Shown here: piece after piece, positions 24,501-37,247 of the stretch
How positions within the stretch are numbered: the first letter of the stretch is position 1
Layout of the letters: the number at the start of each line of letters is the position of its first letter
Assembly: GCF_031769215.1 (NCBI RefSeq)
Contig: NW_026782173.1
Coordinates: 2,666,001-2,730,000, forward strand
Direction of reading: 5' to 3'
Origin: Ylistrum balloti
Taxonomy: Eukaryota
Length of the DNA: 64,000 nucleotides
The notes under the pieces: generated by a model
The model's database searches: none
The model's input: the letters and a program-made list of their open reading frames with translations, nothing else
Told to the model about the DNA's origin: nothing
Translations under genes and position numbers: made by a program

Positions 24501-26136
24501 TTTTTATTTCAGCTTGTCATGAGGCTTCATAAGATAAAAAAACTTCAGCATTTGTTGTTTTATAAATCTTGTATGAAATACAGTTTTTACCTATTGTTAT
24601 TTCTAACTTCACTTGCCTAAACTATTTCATAACAGTTTTACCTGTATCATACCACAAGGTATCAGCCAATTCTTGAATATCTGGTTGTTCATCTGTGATG
24701 CCGGTCAGCAGGAGAGGGATCAGTTTGTGATGGAAGGAGTAGCGATCAGGCAGGTCAAGAAGCCAGGTGCCTACCACTTTGATAACCGCTTTCCTGACAG
24801 CAGGTGACTGGTCGAATAATCGCTGTGCAAGATGAGAAACAACGGTCTCCACAGACTTACCATTTCCATACAAAATTACATCACCTGAAACAAAGAAACA
24901 TGAACATTTGTATCCTGTCTGGGGACTGTGTGAAATAGCTGAAAACACCACAAACATTGTTTTAGTGAGGAAACAATTAGCCCCCCCCCCCCCCCCCTTA
25001 TAACGACCAGTAAAATTATTGTATAAATCTATAATATCTTCATTTTCTACAACATACATAAATTAAAGACTTATTAGCTACCTTGTCTTCAAATTGATAA
25101 TGGCTTCCTTTTGATAATACCCTATAACAGTTTATGTATTATATCTGCAGCTCTCTTTACCTATTTTACCAGCTACTATAAAAAAAACTGCATTGGTCAT
25201 CAAAATTCAGAACACTTGTATGACTGCCCCATCAAAGTTTCTACATTTCCTTAATATAATGGCTCATGACCATCTGGGAATCTAAAATGCACCCCTACAG
25301 ATACAGGTGTAGATGTTGTTAAATAGAACTCAAGGAGGTCCATCATTCCTTTCATTCTTACACATATTATATGTATAACCACTCAATGCAATGTTCTTCA
25401 ACATATCTGAGCTTCCAAATTGTATAGTAAGTGTATTTCTTTGACTTACCAAGTAGGCCTAAACATAACACCCACTAATTGATCTTATTAGCTGGAAATA
25501 CCTACCAATTGTTTCTATGACGATGACCCTGACTCGTGAATGTTGGTGTGTGATTGTCATCAGCAATGGTTTGATCAGCAACTCTGACATCATTTGAAAA
25601 TATTCTGGAATGGCTTTAGCCAGTTTGGATGCACATTTACAACTTTCCTTTCGTACCTCCGGAAAAGGGTCTATAATGGTTTTTGTTAATATTTTTATAC
25701 AATCATCTAAATATGCTGCCATTTTCTTTCCAGAAAATTCTATAATATCAAGCAACAGTCCCACTAATTCTAATCGTAATTCCTCTGAGGATTCCACGAT
25801 ATCTTGTTGTCCAAGACGCTGGACAAGGATAGGGATGATGTAAGGAAGGCTTTCGTGTGGCTCTGAGATGACTTTTAAAACATCTTTCACAAGAAGTATA
25901 GCAAGTTCGCGACATTTTTCAACAGGATCTGAAAAGCATTTCAACAAAGGTTTGATTATTTCACTAAATACGACACCAATATCCGTTTGTTCGAGAGGAG
26001 GTTTCCGACCAATGGTGTCCTTTCGTATTCCTTCCAGAGCTCGCTTTCTTGTATTTCTGTTATCTTCACTTAAACAGTTAATATGCCGGGCAATCCCTTG
26101 AAGCACTGAATTGGAATTCTGATCCGTAGTCGCCAT
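18552..26136 (-). CDS. DNAAF5: Dynein axonemal assembly factor 5 (HEAT repeat protein HEATR2), 10 exons, 832 aa
   Basis: Minus-strand exons 26136-25506, 24884-24642, 23923-23837, 23324-23092, 22683-22474, 21824-21681, 21470-21302, 20738-20440, 20181-19833, 18685-18552 (TAA). Total 2499 nt in frame, all GT-AG. Recognisable segments include [78 protein letters not shown] and KHKHRS. An upstream in-frame ATG exists at 26187; ATG 26136 (aacATGg) has the better context. Confidence 0.95.
18845..19050. repeat. Degenerate tandem repeat of about 69 bp (about 3 copies) in the last DNAAF5 intron
   Basis: Recurring ggatggagtc(a/t)tgga..tatatca...cctaggacggtct..tctg..tatca.acat. Confidence 0.75.
19211..19460. 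repeat. Dispersed repeat copy A (homologous to 50739-51200)
   Basis: Shared blocks tgtggga.ca.acaa..ttaca, cagatgt.tga.tctat, taaatttagaaatgac, tgtgggatag and taagtatatttcctaat. Confidence 0.8.
22800..23000. repeat. Degenerate minisatellite of about 30 bp in a DNAAF5 intron
   Basis: Recurring ta(g)acaatgtca.agt.ttta.attt. Confidence 0.75.
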
Positions 26137-26187
26137 GTTGTTGGTACCAACGCTTACTTTTCCTACCTCCACATGAGAACTCTTCAT

Positions 26188-26540
26188 AACAAGTCACCAC
26201 GTGCACCAATAATTACAGGCCAGATACAGCTTTATAAGCTAGATCAGACTGGCGATTTACTGAACAGTTAAGATAACTTTAGTGTCACGGTACAGTCATC
26301 CAAGCCCGTAGTTATATCTTATTAAAATTAACTAATTTTGATTTGAAATCATTTCTTTTTTCGTTTGAAGTAATGATGATAAATGTGTAAAATGAAAGTA
26401 AACGTTGTTTCATGTCCTGACAGGTGCTTATAAGTACTAATCAAATATATTTATAGCGTAGTCAACACGTTCCCCGTTACCCAGCAAGATCTAATAACAC
26501 TACCAGGTGCACGTTGTATACCATCATTAGCCGACGGAAC
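26188..26540. promoter_or_regulatory. Head-to-head (bidirectional) promoter region of DNAAF5 and the SDR gene, with a candidate RFX X-box
   Basis: The start codons are 404 bp apart on opposite strands. GTTACCCAGCAAG at 26476-26488 is one mismatch from the 13-bp X-box GTTNCCNRGCAAC. Confidence 0.5.
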
Positions 26541-29500
26541 ATGTATGTCGAAATGTGTATCTTTTTATTGATAGTGTCATCTTTTTGTTGCATGGGAATT
26601 TATATGATCTTGCACTTTCGAAGATCAGTAAAAATAGAGCCAAGCGGAAAGGTTGTTTTTATCACAGGTAAGATTGTCGGTGATCTGGGAATTATTACCC
26701 CTTTTAAAAGATACCCGGAAATTAATTGGATAAATGGATATAGGCTTGCATACTTTGTTTATATAGATGTATCGAAGTCCGTGTCTTAACTAATTATTAT
26801 AGAAAGCATTGCCCATGGTAATTTCCAGATGTTTCCTCCTATCTTGCGGAATTATTGTATTTCAGTTTAAGATTTTCGCCATGAAGTATCAAGAATTCGA
26901 CATTCATGACAAAGTACTGGAAGGGTATATTGTGACTTGCTATATAGATTTCCCGTGTTACATAGTTAATTGTGAATCTGATAAGGAAAACAAAATGGCC
27001 GACTTTTTTTTTCTATTTTCATAGTTGAAGATTGTTATCGCAATTTCTTGAGAAATACTGAAAATATGTTTCTGAATCTTGATGTGCTGGTTTCCCTTAC
27101 CCCTAGTTTTACTCATTTAATTTCGAGACCGATTGGGGAAAATTCGTCGATAGACGTCCATCTTAAATTTTTATAGTAGAAGTCCCTAGTTGAGCCCATT
27201 TGATGTTTGGAATGATCAGAAAAATAGAATGACAGGCAGGCGACCATCTTGGATTTTTACAATGAAAGTTTGTTTTCTCGCTATTTCTTTAGAAATACTG
27301 GATAAATCTTTCACAAATATTACACGTACATGATAGGTCTCCATTCATCTCTTGTTGTGTCCTTCTGTGTTTTGGACTGATCAGATAATTAGAAAAAATG
27401 TCTGTCACACTGGATTTTGACAATGGAAGTTTGTTATCGCTATTTCTAGCTATGAGAACACAATGACTGCATATTGTAGATGGAGCCTCAATTATTAAAG
27501 CATTGAAAAGTTGTAAAAAATATTTTATCAAATAATTATCTCCTAACGGGTGTACTGTGTTATTTGATTTTGTGACTTCGTACTCATGAAATATTGTTCT
27601 AATATCAAAATATACCTAAAATCGCATTCAAAGTGACTGTTCATAAAGAAATGTCGACCAAACCTGTACTTCATCGACACAAAGTACTTTTCTTCATAAG
27701 ATATCTACAGCATGTCTGCTATAGTAAGACATAGGATGTACATCTTTTGTAGATGTCAGTTGCGCGATGGATATCTAAGTCCGTTGTTTCGCATCTTGAA
27801 ATATAATTTTTCATTTTCATGTCAGACACTTTAACGACACATTTTATATGTCAAAAGAATATAATACATACTGATGACTTTCATAAAATCAACGTACATA
27901 AGACACGATAGAAAAGAATCCACATAGGTTTCGATTTAAAACGAATCTATTCTTTTGAATACCATGTGAATTATATAACATAACAGTTACAAGACTTTCA
28001 ACAAATGAAATACAATGTAGTTAGACATTTTCTTTGTGTTATATCTGAAGGACCAATGCTTTACATCTATTACCTATTTCAGAAAGTTTTCCGACAAGTT
28101 TTACGGACAACTGTCCAAATTAAACATTGCACATAAAACTTACACCTGTTCTATTTAGGATGTGATACAGGGTTTGGTAACATGTTGGCCCGGCGCCTTG
28201 ATGTCTTAGGATTTGTGGTGATAGCTGGCTGTTTGGACGTCAATGGTCAGCCCGCAAGGACACTGTTAGCGGAGACGTCACGGGTGCAGATTGTACAGAT
28301 TGACGTCACTAGTGACCACCAGGTACAAGAGGCTTTAAAATATGTGACGTTAAGGACACAGGAACAAGGTAAGGATATGGCATGTTGTCTGTATCCTTCG
28401 TTATCTGTTTTATAAACTGTATGGTACATACATGTGATTTTGTCCGATGCAGATATATGATGTGGGATATTGAACGGTACATGTGTATGGTTTTGTACGG
28501 TACCGGTATATGATTTCTGATATTGAACGGTACAGATGTGTGATTTTGTACGCTACAGGTATTTGATGCTGTACGGTACACGTGTTTGATGCTGTACGGT
28601 ACATGTGTTTGATGCTGTACGGTAAAGGTATTTTATATTGTACGGTACATATGTTTGATGCTGTACGGTACATATGTTTGATGCTGTACGGTACATGTCT
28701 TTGATGCTGTACGGTACAGTATTTGATATTGTACGGTACACGTGTTTGATGCTGTACGGTACATATGTTTGATGCTGTACGGTACAGTATTTGATATTGT
28801 ACGGTACATGTGTTTGATGCTGTACGGTACATATGTTTGATGCTGTACGGTACATGTCTTTGATACTGTAAGGTACAGTATTTGATATTGTACGATACAT
28901 CTGTTTGATGCTGTACGGTACATGTGTTTGATGCTGTACGGTACACGTGTTTGATGCTGTACGGTACATATGTTTGATATTGTTCATATAAATATGTGGG
29001 CTGTCGTATTGTACATGAACCTACGTTAAGGTTTGCAAACGAAAGCATGACTTTCATATATTGTTTTATACACACAGGAGGACTGTGGAGTTTGATAAAT
29101 AACGCGGGGATCGCTGTATTCACCGAATGTGAATGGTGTTCCATGGATACTTACCAAAGATCACTAGAGATTAACCTGCTGGGAACCATACGAGTGACAA
29201 AGGCTTTCCTGCCATTGATAAGACGGGTACAAGGACGGGTGATCAATGTCGCCAGTTTAGCAGGTGATGACATACTTATGTGCGACGACCCTTTTCTCAA
29301 ACACGATAATATTAAAACTATTGAAAACGCAGATATTTTAGATTAATCTCACCAATCCGACGTTTTCGTAAAGTAAAGTCGTATTCACAAAGTGTAAGAC
29401 TTGACGTGCTTCACAGTGTCTAAGACTTGACGCTTCACAGAGTGTAAGACTTGACGCTTCACAGAGTGTAAAACTTGACGCTTCACAGTGTGTAAGACTT

Positions 29501-30626
29501 GACGCTTCACAGTGTGTAAGACTTGACGCTTCACAGTGTGTAAGACTTGACGCTTCACAGAGTGTAAGACTTGACGCTTCACAGTGTGTAAGACTTGACG
29601 CTTCACAGTGTGTAAGACTTGACGTACCTCCTAAAAATAGTTTTCATATATGTTGGTAAAAAGAACACGTACTGTTGTAACGTTTTATATAATAAAGTAT
29701 TGGCGTTCTCTAATCTCAGGACGTGTTGGCCTCCCTGGCTTCACCGCTTACTCCGCTACAAAATATGGTGTGGTCGGATTCTCCGACTGTCTTAGGCGGG
29801 AAATGGCCAAGTTCAAGGTCAAGGTCATAACGATAGAACCAAATATGTATAGGTAAGTACAGGATAAGTAACATAGCACACGCGTTTTAACTCTGTGTAA
29901 TACTGCAGAATACACTGACTTTGTTACGTACCACCGTATTTTATGGTCTTGAGGGCAGCAAGTGACAGTATGCGACATCTCCCTTGGTATCGGTACATGT
30001 ACAAGCTGAAAGGTATGTACTTGTTACCATCTCATAGCATAGCCAATGTTTGAACAACCTAGCAGTATGAATAAATTCCGTGATTCTGAAAGCATATGTC
30101 AAATAATGAATGAAACTGAAGTATGCAGCTGTTTTGTCCCTCTAGATCCTATAATGTATCCCGGAAGGATTTCTCTTTAATGTAACAGTCAGTCGTGCAG
30201 TCTCTATGGAAACTAATTAAGATACATTTCATATATTTTTAGTGTGATATATTTCTATACTGTTCTATCACGCACTATCTTGTGTATTACAGGACGCCAA
30301 TGGCAGAGCGTTCCATGCAGCTGGGTCAAGCGGAGCACTCTTGGTTGACAACTTCACAACAAGTCAGGGACGATTATGGCGAACACTACTTCCACACTTT
30401 TCAGGCTACATTGAGGTCACACTTGTCACTGTCCTCTAAGAAGACTTACGAGGTTTTAGACTGTCTTGAACACGCCATTTTGGCACGGCACCCGAAAAGC
30501 CGTTATGTTCCGGGTAGTGCTATGTGTATTCTCAGCAACATGTTCGGGGCTCTTCCGAACTGTATACAGGACATCGCCGTCATAGTCGCCATGAAGGCAA
30601 ATGTCACGCCGCAGAGTATGAAGTGA
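26541..30626 (+). CDS. Short-chain dehydrogenase/reductase of the SDR9C group (retinol dehydrogenase / 17-beta-HSD6 / BDH1-like), 5 exons, 329 aa, N-terminal membrane anchor
   Basis: Exons 26541-26667, 28159-28368, 29078-29263, 29720-29852, 30293-30626 (990 nt in frame). Motifs: TGCDTGFG (Rossmann TGxxxGxG), LWSLINNAG, catalytic S in VASLAG, YSATK (YxxxK), and the DYGEHYF / [11 protein letters not shown] segments typical of the family. Confidence 0.92.
26990..27520. repeat. Interspersed element with degenerate internal repeats (Helentron/HINE- or MITE-like) in SDR intron 1
   Basis: The motif (tt)gtt.tc(g)c.atttc...agaaatactg recurs three times, near 27035, 27275 and 27430, together with aaaatggccgac / gcgaccatcttggatttt. 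The family assignment is inference only. Confidence 0.4.
28480..28985. repeat. Minisatellite of about 23 bp in SDR intron 2
   Basis: Units gtttgatgctgtacggtaca(t/c)(a/g)t interspersed with atttgatattgtacggtaca variants. Confidence 0.92.
29391..29624. repeat. 24-bp minisatellite (about 10 copies) in SDR intron 3
   Basis: Unit gtgtaagacttgacgcttcacag(t/a). Confidence 0.95.
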
Positions 30627-30744
30627 ACTGTATGAAAAAATAGAATTATGGGTAAAGTCAAGAAGCAAAGTGTGCATTGATGAATATTGTCACTATGCGG
30701 GGTATAAACTACACGCTACAAAGTATGGACTGATAGACATTGTT

Positions 30745-31250
30745 ACGCTGCAGGGGCAGCAATAAATTAACTGATGGATAATGTCAGACAGCAATAAATG
30801 GACTGATGGTAATGTCAGACAGCAATATAGGACTGATGGAAAATGTCCGCCAGCAATACTTGGACTGATGGTAATGTCAGACAGCAATACGTGGACTGAT
30901 GAAATATGTCAGACAGCAATATTGGACTGATGAAATATGCCGGACAGCAATATTGGACTGATGAAATATGCCAGACAGCAATATTGGACTGATGAAATAT
31001 GCCAGACAGCAATATTGGACTGATGAAATATGCCAGACAGCAATATTGGACTGATGGAAAATGTCAGACAGCAATATTGGACTGATGAAATATGTCAGAC
31101 AGCAATATTGGACTGATGAAATATTCCAGACAGCAATATTGGACTGATGGAAAATGTCAGACAGCAATATTGAACTGATGGAAAATGTCAGACAGCAATA
31201 ATGGACTGATGGAAAATGTCCGACAATAATATGTGGACTGATGGACTATG
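30745..31250. repeat. Minisatellite of about 31 bp just downstream of the SDR stop codon
   Basis: Unit ggactgatg(a/g)aa(t/a)atg(t/c)cagacagcaatatt. Confidence 0.92.
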
Positions 31251-32813
31251 TTAGACAGTAATTAATGGGCTCAGGCTGATGGAAAATTTCAGGCTCCAAT
31301 ATAATGATGGCGGACAATGTCATCCTGGACTGTCAGTAGATGAACTATGTGATGTGATTGTATGGACTACGTACATCGTCCAGTCAGTATTAAATGAAAA
31401 GGGTGTACAAATTGCACTCATGTCTAGTAAGACGACAGTTCATACTATGTACTAGTCACTTTATCTGTCATGGATCTCGACTAAACTAAAAATAGCTTTC
31501 AATGGTTTGGAGTTCTATGGTTCAAATTTTAATTCTATGTTTTTTATCTTCGCTATCACGGATAAGGAAAAGTGCATTTAATCACAGTGTGCGAACTCAA
31601 ATGCAAATGTCTATTATTCCAATAATTTCATTTTCAGAAATTGAACTGGAAACTACACTTTAACACAAGATTTTTGTCTGAAAAATAGTAATTTGAAAAA
31701 AAAAATACAAATCAAGGAATTGATATATAAAATGAGTATGATGGCCAGTTGAACTTCTGAAAAAGAAAGAAATTAAATAATAGACATTTCCATTGAGTTA
31801 CATTGTTGTCTCCTGTGTATTAAACATGATACAGATCTATCAGGTCATCGACTACCAGACATAGTTCATTTGTTAGAGTTTGTTCAGGTTTTAAACTTAA
31901 ACAACAAATAAAATTCCCGTTTCAGCCGTTGTAAATCTCAAAGAGGGCATTGCGATCCCATCCATCTACAAGCACATTTACATTAAATTCTATTCACTAT
32001 TACAAATCGTTTACTTTTACTCATCTACAAGATCTCGAGGTCAAAATGATGAAGCACGAAGGAAGATACACGTGTACGCAGTAACTGAGCAATATTTTGC
32101 TGAACTTTTAAATACGTGTCTTGTTATCCCGTAAAATATATCGGGTGTGTTCTGTCCATGTAATAAGCCCTTGTAAGTTTAATTATAAACTAATAAAATA
32201 GTTATTCTGTTGCTACTGAAGCCGCCGTGATATTATCGTATACACGGATTTATTTACTTGTTTTACTTAACGCTGTGATTTCACCGTATGCGGAAGACAA
32301 AACGCAACAGATGTTTCAGCAACTAGAGCTCATACGCTTTAATGTTCATCTCATTGTAAAGATCTTTTACACTTGTTAGCAATAGTGAAGGTGTGAACAA
32401 AATGATTAGAAACAATTATGATTATAGAAACTATTCATTTCAGTCTCCCAACAATTCAACGAAATTTCAGTTCATTTGCACCAGTGTGGAACTGGAGAAA
32501 AGTTGGCAGTTCTCTGCGCCATATTGGAGTTATGAGAGACCTTGATAAATAACAACACTATTTCACGATCACCACAGCTAGAACTCAAGAAGAAGTCATG
32601 CCGAGTGACAAGGTCCCGAAAAGCCCAACTCCTGTCTAGTGCATTGCAGAGTTCTCGTGATATATACACTAAATAGGCCAACAGTAGTAACTTAAACAAA
32701 CGACAGTTGGCTTAATTACAAGTAAGGAGACTAGGTCGAGGATAAATGAACTTCTATTATTGGCCTTGTCAACTATTTCTAACATTGCGTTATCGCGTCA
32801 AGTCAATTTTGAA

Positions 32814-34470
32814 TCAAAGTGACAAAACGTACATAAAACACTCGTGGCCATGCGTGTCGACCTGGCTATAAGAAACATGTGCCTTGACTTTGATCCGGGA
32901 AAACGTCTCCTCCAATAGCTGTATTCGTAAATCCGGATCTTCATCTGTAATCTGTAGTAAGACTCCTCCAGGACGGAGCGTCCTAAGACATTCGCTTAAC
33001 ATCTTATCACAGGACGGAAGTGCCCGATCTCTGTCCTTCAGCAGCGAGTCTAGTGTCCCTTTGTCCAAGATCACGTGGAAATTATCATCTCTAAAGGGTA
33101 ATGCACGTACATCGCCAGTAATACAGGTGTGTATCGACAGTTTATTAGCCGGCGTAATTTTTGTAAGCACTTCACTTTGCCAGCGAGCTGCACCAGGGAC
33201 GTAATCGAGACAAACGAGGTGTAAGGGATGAGGTAGATCCTGAAGGAGGCGATGGGGCACATGGGAGGTCCCGCACCCAACGTCCAAAAGGCGTATTAAA
33301 GGCTTTTCCTTTCCGGTCGACAATGCTCCCACTTTACTGATCACATGATCGGCAATGATTTCAGCTGGAGCCAGCCAGTCAACAGGTTTAATGCTCTGTG
33401 TTTCGTACTGAGAGATCCAGTGTGATTTTTCACTCAAGACATGGTCTGTAAAATTGAGAAAATGAAATGGAGTCAACTATGTTTATAATGACAGGCTACT
33501 GACCAGTGGAAATATCGTTTGTTATATCGACACGGGATCATTATAAACAAGTGAGATCTCTATTAAACAACATACTTTTGCACTCATATGACCAAGCTTC
33601 TAAAGCTACCAAAGTTGAGCTGTTAGTACAGTGACTTTGTTGTCTTCGGTCAGCCTTCCTACTTTGTTGTCAAATCAATTAGATAATTCTTTAGATACGT
33701 TTCTTGAATAGCCGATCATTTAACATGTTAGTCTTCGCATGTATGGTCAAATCTTATGTCACATTGCAGACGAGTTACAGCAATTCACTAAAACAAGCAG
33801 AAACAAATGTTATTCCTATGAAACTACGCGCCACGAGCACAACTCTTCTCAGTTCCGAGTGTCTCGTCTACTTTCATTTTCAAATCGAGGCATATTATAT
33901 CTATTTAATATACAACGTAATTTACAAGTAAATTACATTTCTGAACCACGGTTCACACATTCTAGAGTAAAGAGTTCATGTAAAGCTGCATTCACTACTC
34001 TGAAACTGCATGTGGCAGTCTACACTATACAAACGTTTAATGTACACTCGTGCCTGATCCTGTACTCTAACACAAATACATGTGCCCTAGATGATCTACA
34101 TAAAGCAGTATGTACACGTGTATATTTTATAAACTCGTGTCCGTTATATATCGGGTATACCTTACCATTAAATCCATGGCAATTCTTCTTACATTGGTTC
34201 CGTGATTGTGAACGAGATATACATGAGACAAAGAACTGCAGTGTTCTATACATCAGTTTAGTAATCGCCAACTCTAGAAGGTGTTTAGTGAATTTTATCC
34301 CCCGCGTTATTTAATCCGGACACACATTTACGTGTTCCGGTAAGGGAGTGCGTTAGTTCTGCAGAATTGTTGGTTTGGGGATGCTTGTTGACCGAGTAAC
34401 TGAGAAGATATTGTACTTCTAAGCACGTTTTGTTCCATTTTAAGAAATTCTTTTTCCATAATAGATACAT
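32814..34470 (-). CDS. CSKMT: Citrate synthase-lysine N-methyltransferase-like (METTL12), class I SAM methyltransferase, 2 exons, about 256 aa
   Basis: Main exon 33445-32814 (acceptor ttttacag) encodes LLDVGCGTS, ILDKGTLD, LSECLRTLRPGGVLLQITDEDPDLR and CFMYVL, matching METTL12/CSKMT motifs. A phase-compatible first exon 34470-34332 (MYLLWKKNFLKWNKT..., donor c|gtaaat) is basic and mitochondrial-presequence-like but less certain than the main exon. Confidence 0.82.
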
Positions 34471-37247
34471 ACAAGAATGTAGACGGTTCGGTCATGTAGC
34501 CGTCGCCGTCATATTTCGTCCGTTGCCATTCTAGGTACGTGAACTTTTTACTGATACTTCGGGGTCATATAGGGGCGGAGGCCTTGGCAGGAGAGTCAAA
34601 TTGTTGAATGCTTTAATTTTTCAGAGTAAGTCTTCTCCTCTTATTTAGTGTTACTGATTGTTAAATCGTGGACCACACAGCAGTCAACGTTAAGTATCCG
34701 AGTCTAGTGTTTGGTGCTAGGAAGAAGTCAGATATTGCTTTTCGTTATAAAGTAGGGATCGGTTGTTTTTATGCCCTTAAGAACTGAAGACATGTGTTGT
34801 ATTTAGTATAGCATTGTACTTTAAACGCTACCAAATCTAATGTAACCGTGAAATATTTTGTTATTGAACTTGTCAGAAACCTCGAACTAGGTTTTGAGAC
34901 TGCTAAGAGACTTACGAAATTTGATATCTTTTAAGGAAATCCAATTTTCGTTGTTAATGATACTGATTCGTAGTACGTACATTTAAAAAAATCTGAATTA
35001 ATGAAATATATTGTGTATAGGATTTCCTTCAAAGGGTCGAAGTTCATCCCTTTGATTTTATAGAACTTTGAGTTTATACCTAGGTTTGTATAAAATAAAG
35101 TATATTGCCATTTAAATGGTTTGAACCAAATTCGATGTTAAATGGTTTTTTTATTAGACGCTTCAATTGATGACGATAAAAACTATAATCGACAGGCATA
35201 AAAAACACTTACTAAACATAACAGCTCTGCCTCTTGAGGAACCAGCTTGAGAAATCACGTTTGGAATGTTTCTCCTGTAATAAATTGTTAATATTTCAAA
35301 GAATGATAACTAATGTGTAATGTTGCGAATATATTTTATGGCGAATGCCATTTTAAATATTGATTATTTAAATTTGACAATTACTTTTTTATAACTTGCT
35401 GATGCGATCTTTGTTGTTGTCCAATAGCTTTTATGTGAAATTTTGTGACAATTTTTGTGACACTAATGTAGTTGTATTTTTTCTAATTTTTGTTCTAATT
35501 GCTATAAGACATTCTGTGGTTTATATCCTCTGCAGTTGTCCACCGATCCAGCAGTATAAAGCTTATGTTAGACCTCTACACAAACTACTTAAGTTATACT
35601 TGGTTCACACAATTTAATTGTGTTTATAAAATATGACAGATTTGTGTATAAACCTTATTTAAGGATAACACTGTTTCGTTTGTTTTATGGTCTGAAGAAT
35701 GCGAAAGTTTTACCACGTGACTATTGTAACTTTTTTTATTGAGATGGAAAGCGAGTACACCAAAATTAAGATTACCGACTACAAACACACTTATTGTAAA
35801 TGTATAAGTGGCCCTTTCTGTCTTTGGCATTTTCACACTATCGTTTGTGATATTAAGAGGTACATACTTTCCATTCGCTGTATACCATTTAGGCCGTTTA
35901 ACCTTCAGCGTTTTATTGATTATGAAAATCACAGGACGACAACAAATAGTGAGTGCTTGACAAGCATATGTTTATAAGCATACGGAATAACATTGTTACT
36001 CACATTTTCTCAACATCAACACAATGTCGGTTCACTCGTAATTTAAGATGCTGTGCATGTGAAAGTAGAATAGATTTACTTACTAGGAATTTCGTTAGTA
36101 AATATGGCGGTACATATGTCAAGGTGAATACTGGAGAAGCCAGAACACAATCCATTCACATGAAGATGATCTGAAGTTCACCGCGGAAAATATGAAAAAA
36201 AACAAACGGTTCATCTCCAATGTTGAATCAGTGCTATTGGGTGGAGAATAATCATGAAGGACAAGTAAGCTCATACTCAACTATATTTATTCAAACATCT
36301 GTTTGTGAACACCATCAACAAAAACAACAAAGACACTACCAACGCGTCAACGGAATCTTAATTCAAACTATTAAAAAAAAACTGACACAAGGACGAAGTA
36401 AGAACAAAAGAAATGATTATATGGAGACCTCTGAAGTATAGTACATGTGAAATAAGAATATGAAAAAGAGTTCCTGAAGGGTAAGCGCCTCTACTTTACA
36501 TTATCGGTGACACCCCATTCGACATGTAAATCTTGGTCAAGCAAGTGATGTCACGTTCCCAAGTGAGAACATAGTTAGCAATGGAGCATGCATTATTGGA
36601 TCAGAAACAGCAATGACGATGGAATGGATTGCACACACACTTAAGCATCAATCTTTTGAACACCCCTTGTCTGGTAGTTAGAACACCAATCACAAGAAGT
36701 CGAATGAGGAAGACTTGTGACAAATCTCAGGTACGACATCAAAAGTACAATTACTACCAGTTTCGGGTAAAGACAAACGACAGATTAAAAACACTGAATA
36801 ACACAGAATATAAACCAGATTATGATGGTTAATATACAAATAGTTTAAAACGTCCAATCCAATCTCTTACAACAACATACACTCTGTATTGTGCAATAAG
36901 ACTGACTGATCGATGATTAATTTTTAGCTTTACATGACATATTAACTTGTTAGAATTTGAATACAAATAATGACACTTCAACTGTTTCCGTTGTTTTGAT
37001 GACGAATACGACAGTGTCCAACAGAATACCGTAACTTAAAGAGAATAAGATGAGATCATTTTCCTGGAGGAAATATACCACAACCTAACTATGTTGACTT
37101 CCTTGTAATAGGCACATAACCATCAAAGTACGCACATTGTTGGTGTTTTAAGCACAGGAAATATGGCGTCATACTTTAGTGTAAAATACTCAATATCACA
37201 ACTTAGTGTGTGATAATATTTGCTTCATTTAGGTATATAAAGTGAGT

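Noticed and set aside
28410-29144. 244-aa and overlapping minus-strand ORFs, and likewise 29385-29606, 30815-31167, 50715-51029 and 57588-57798
   Set aside because: These are translations of tandem repeats lacking stops; they lie in introns or intergenic DNA and show no protein family signal.
30890-31150. Tandem CTGATGA...GAAA motifs as a hammerhead array, or a CRISPR-like array
   Set aside because: CTGATGA and GAAA overlap within one word (CTGATGAAA), there are no proper stems I-III or cleavage triplet, and there are no unique spacers. It is an ordinary minisatellite.
32472-32699. 75-aa minus-strand ORF as a C11orf98-like neighbour of CSKMT (DLVTRHD)
   Set aside because: The similarity is limited to a few residues and it lacks the basic K/R-rich composition. 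It is more likely CSKMT 3' UTR or downstream sequence.
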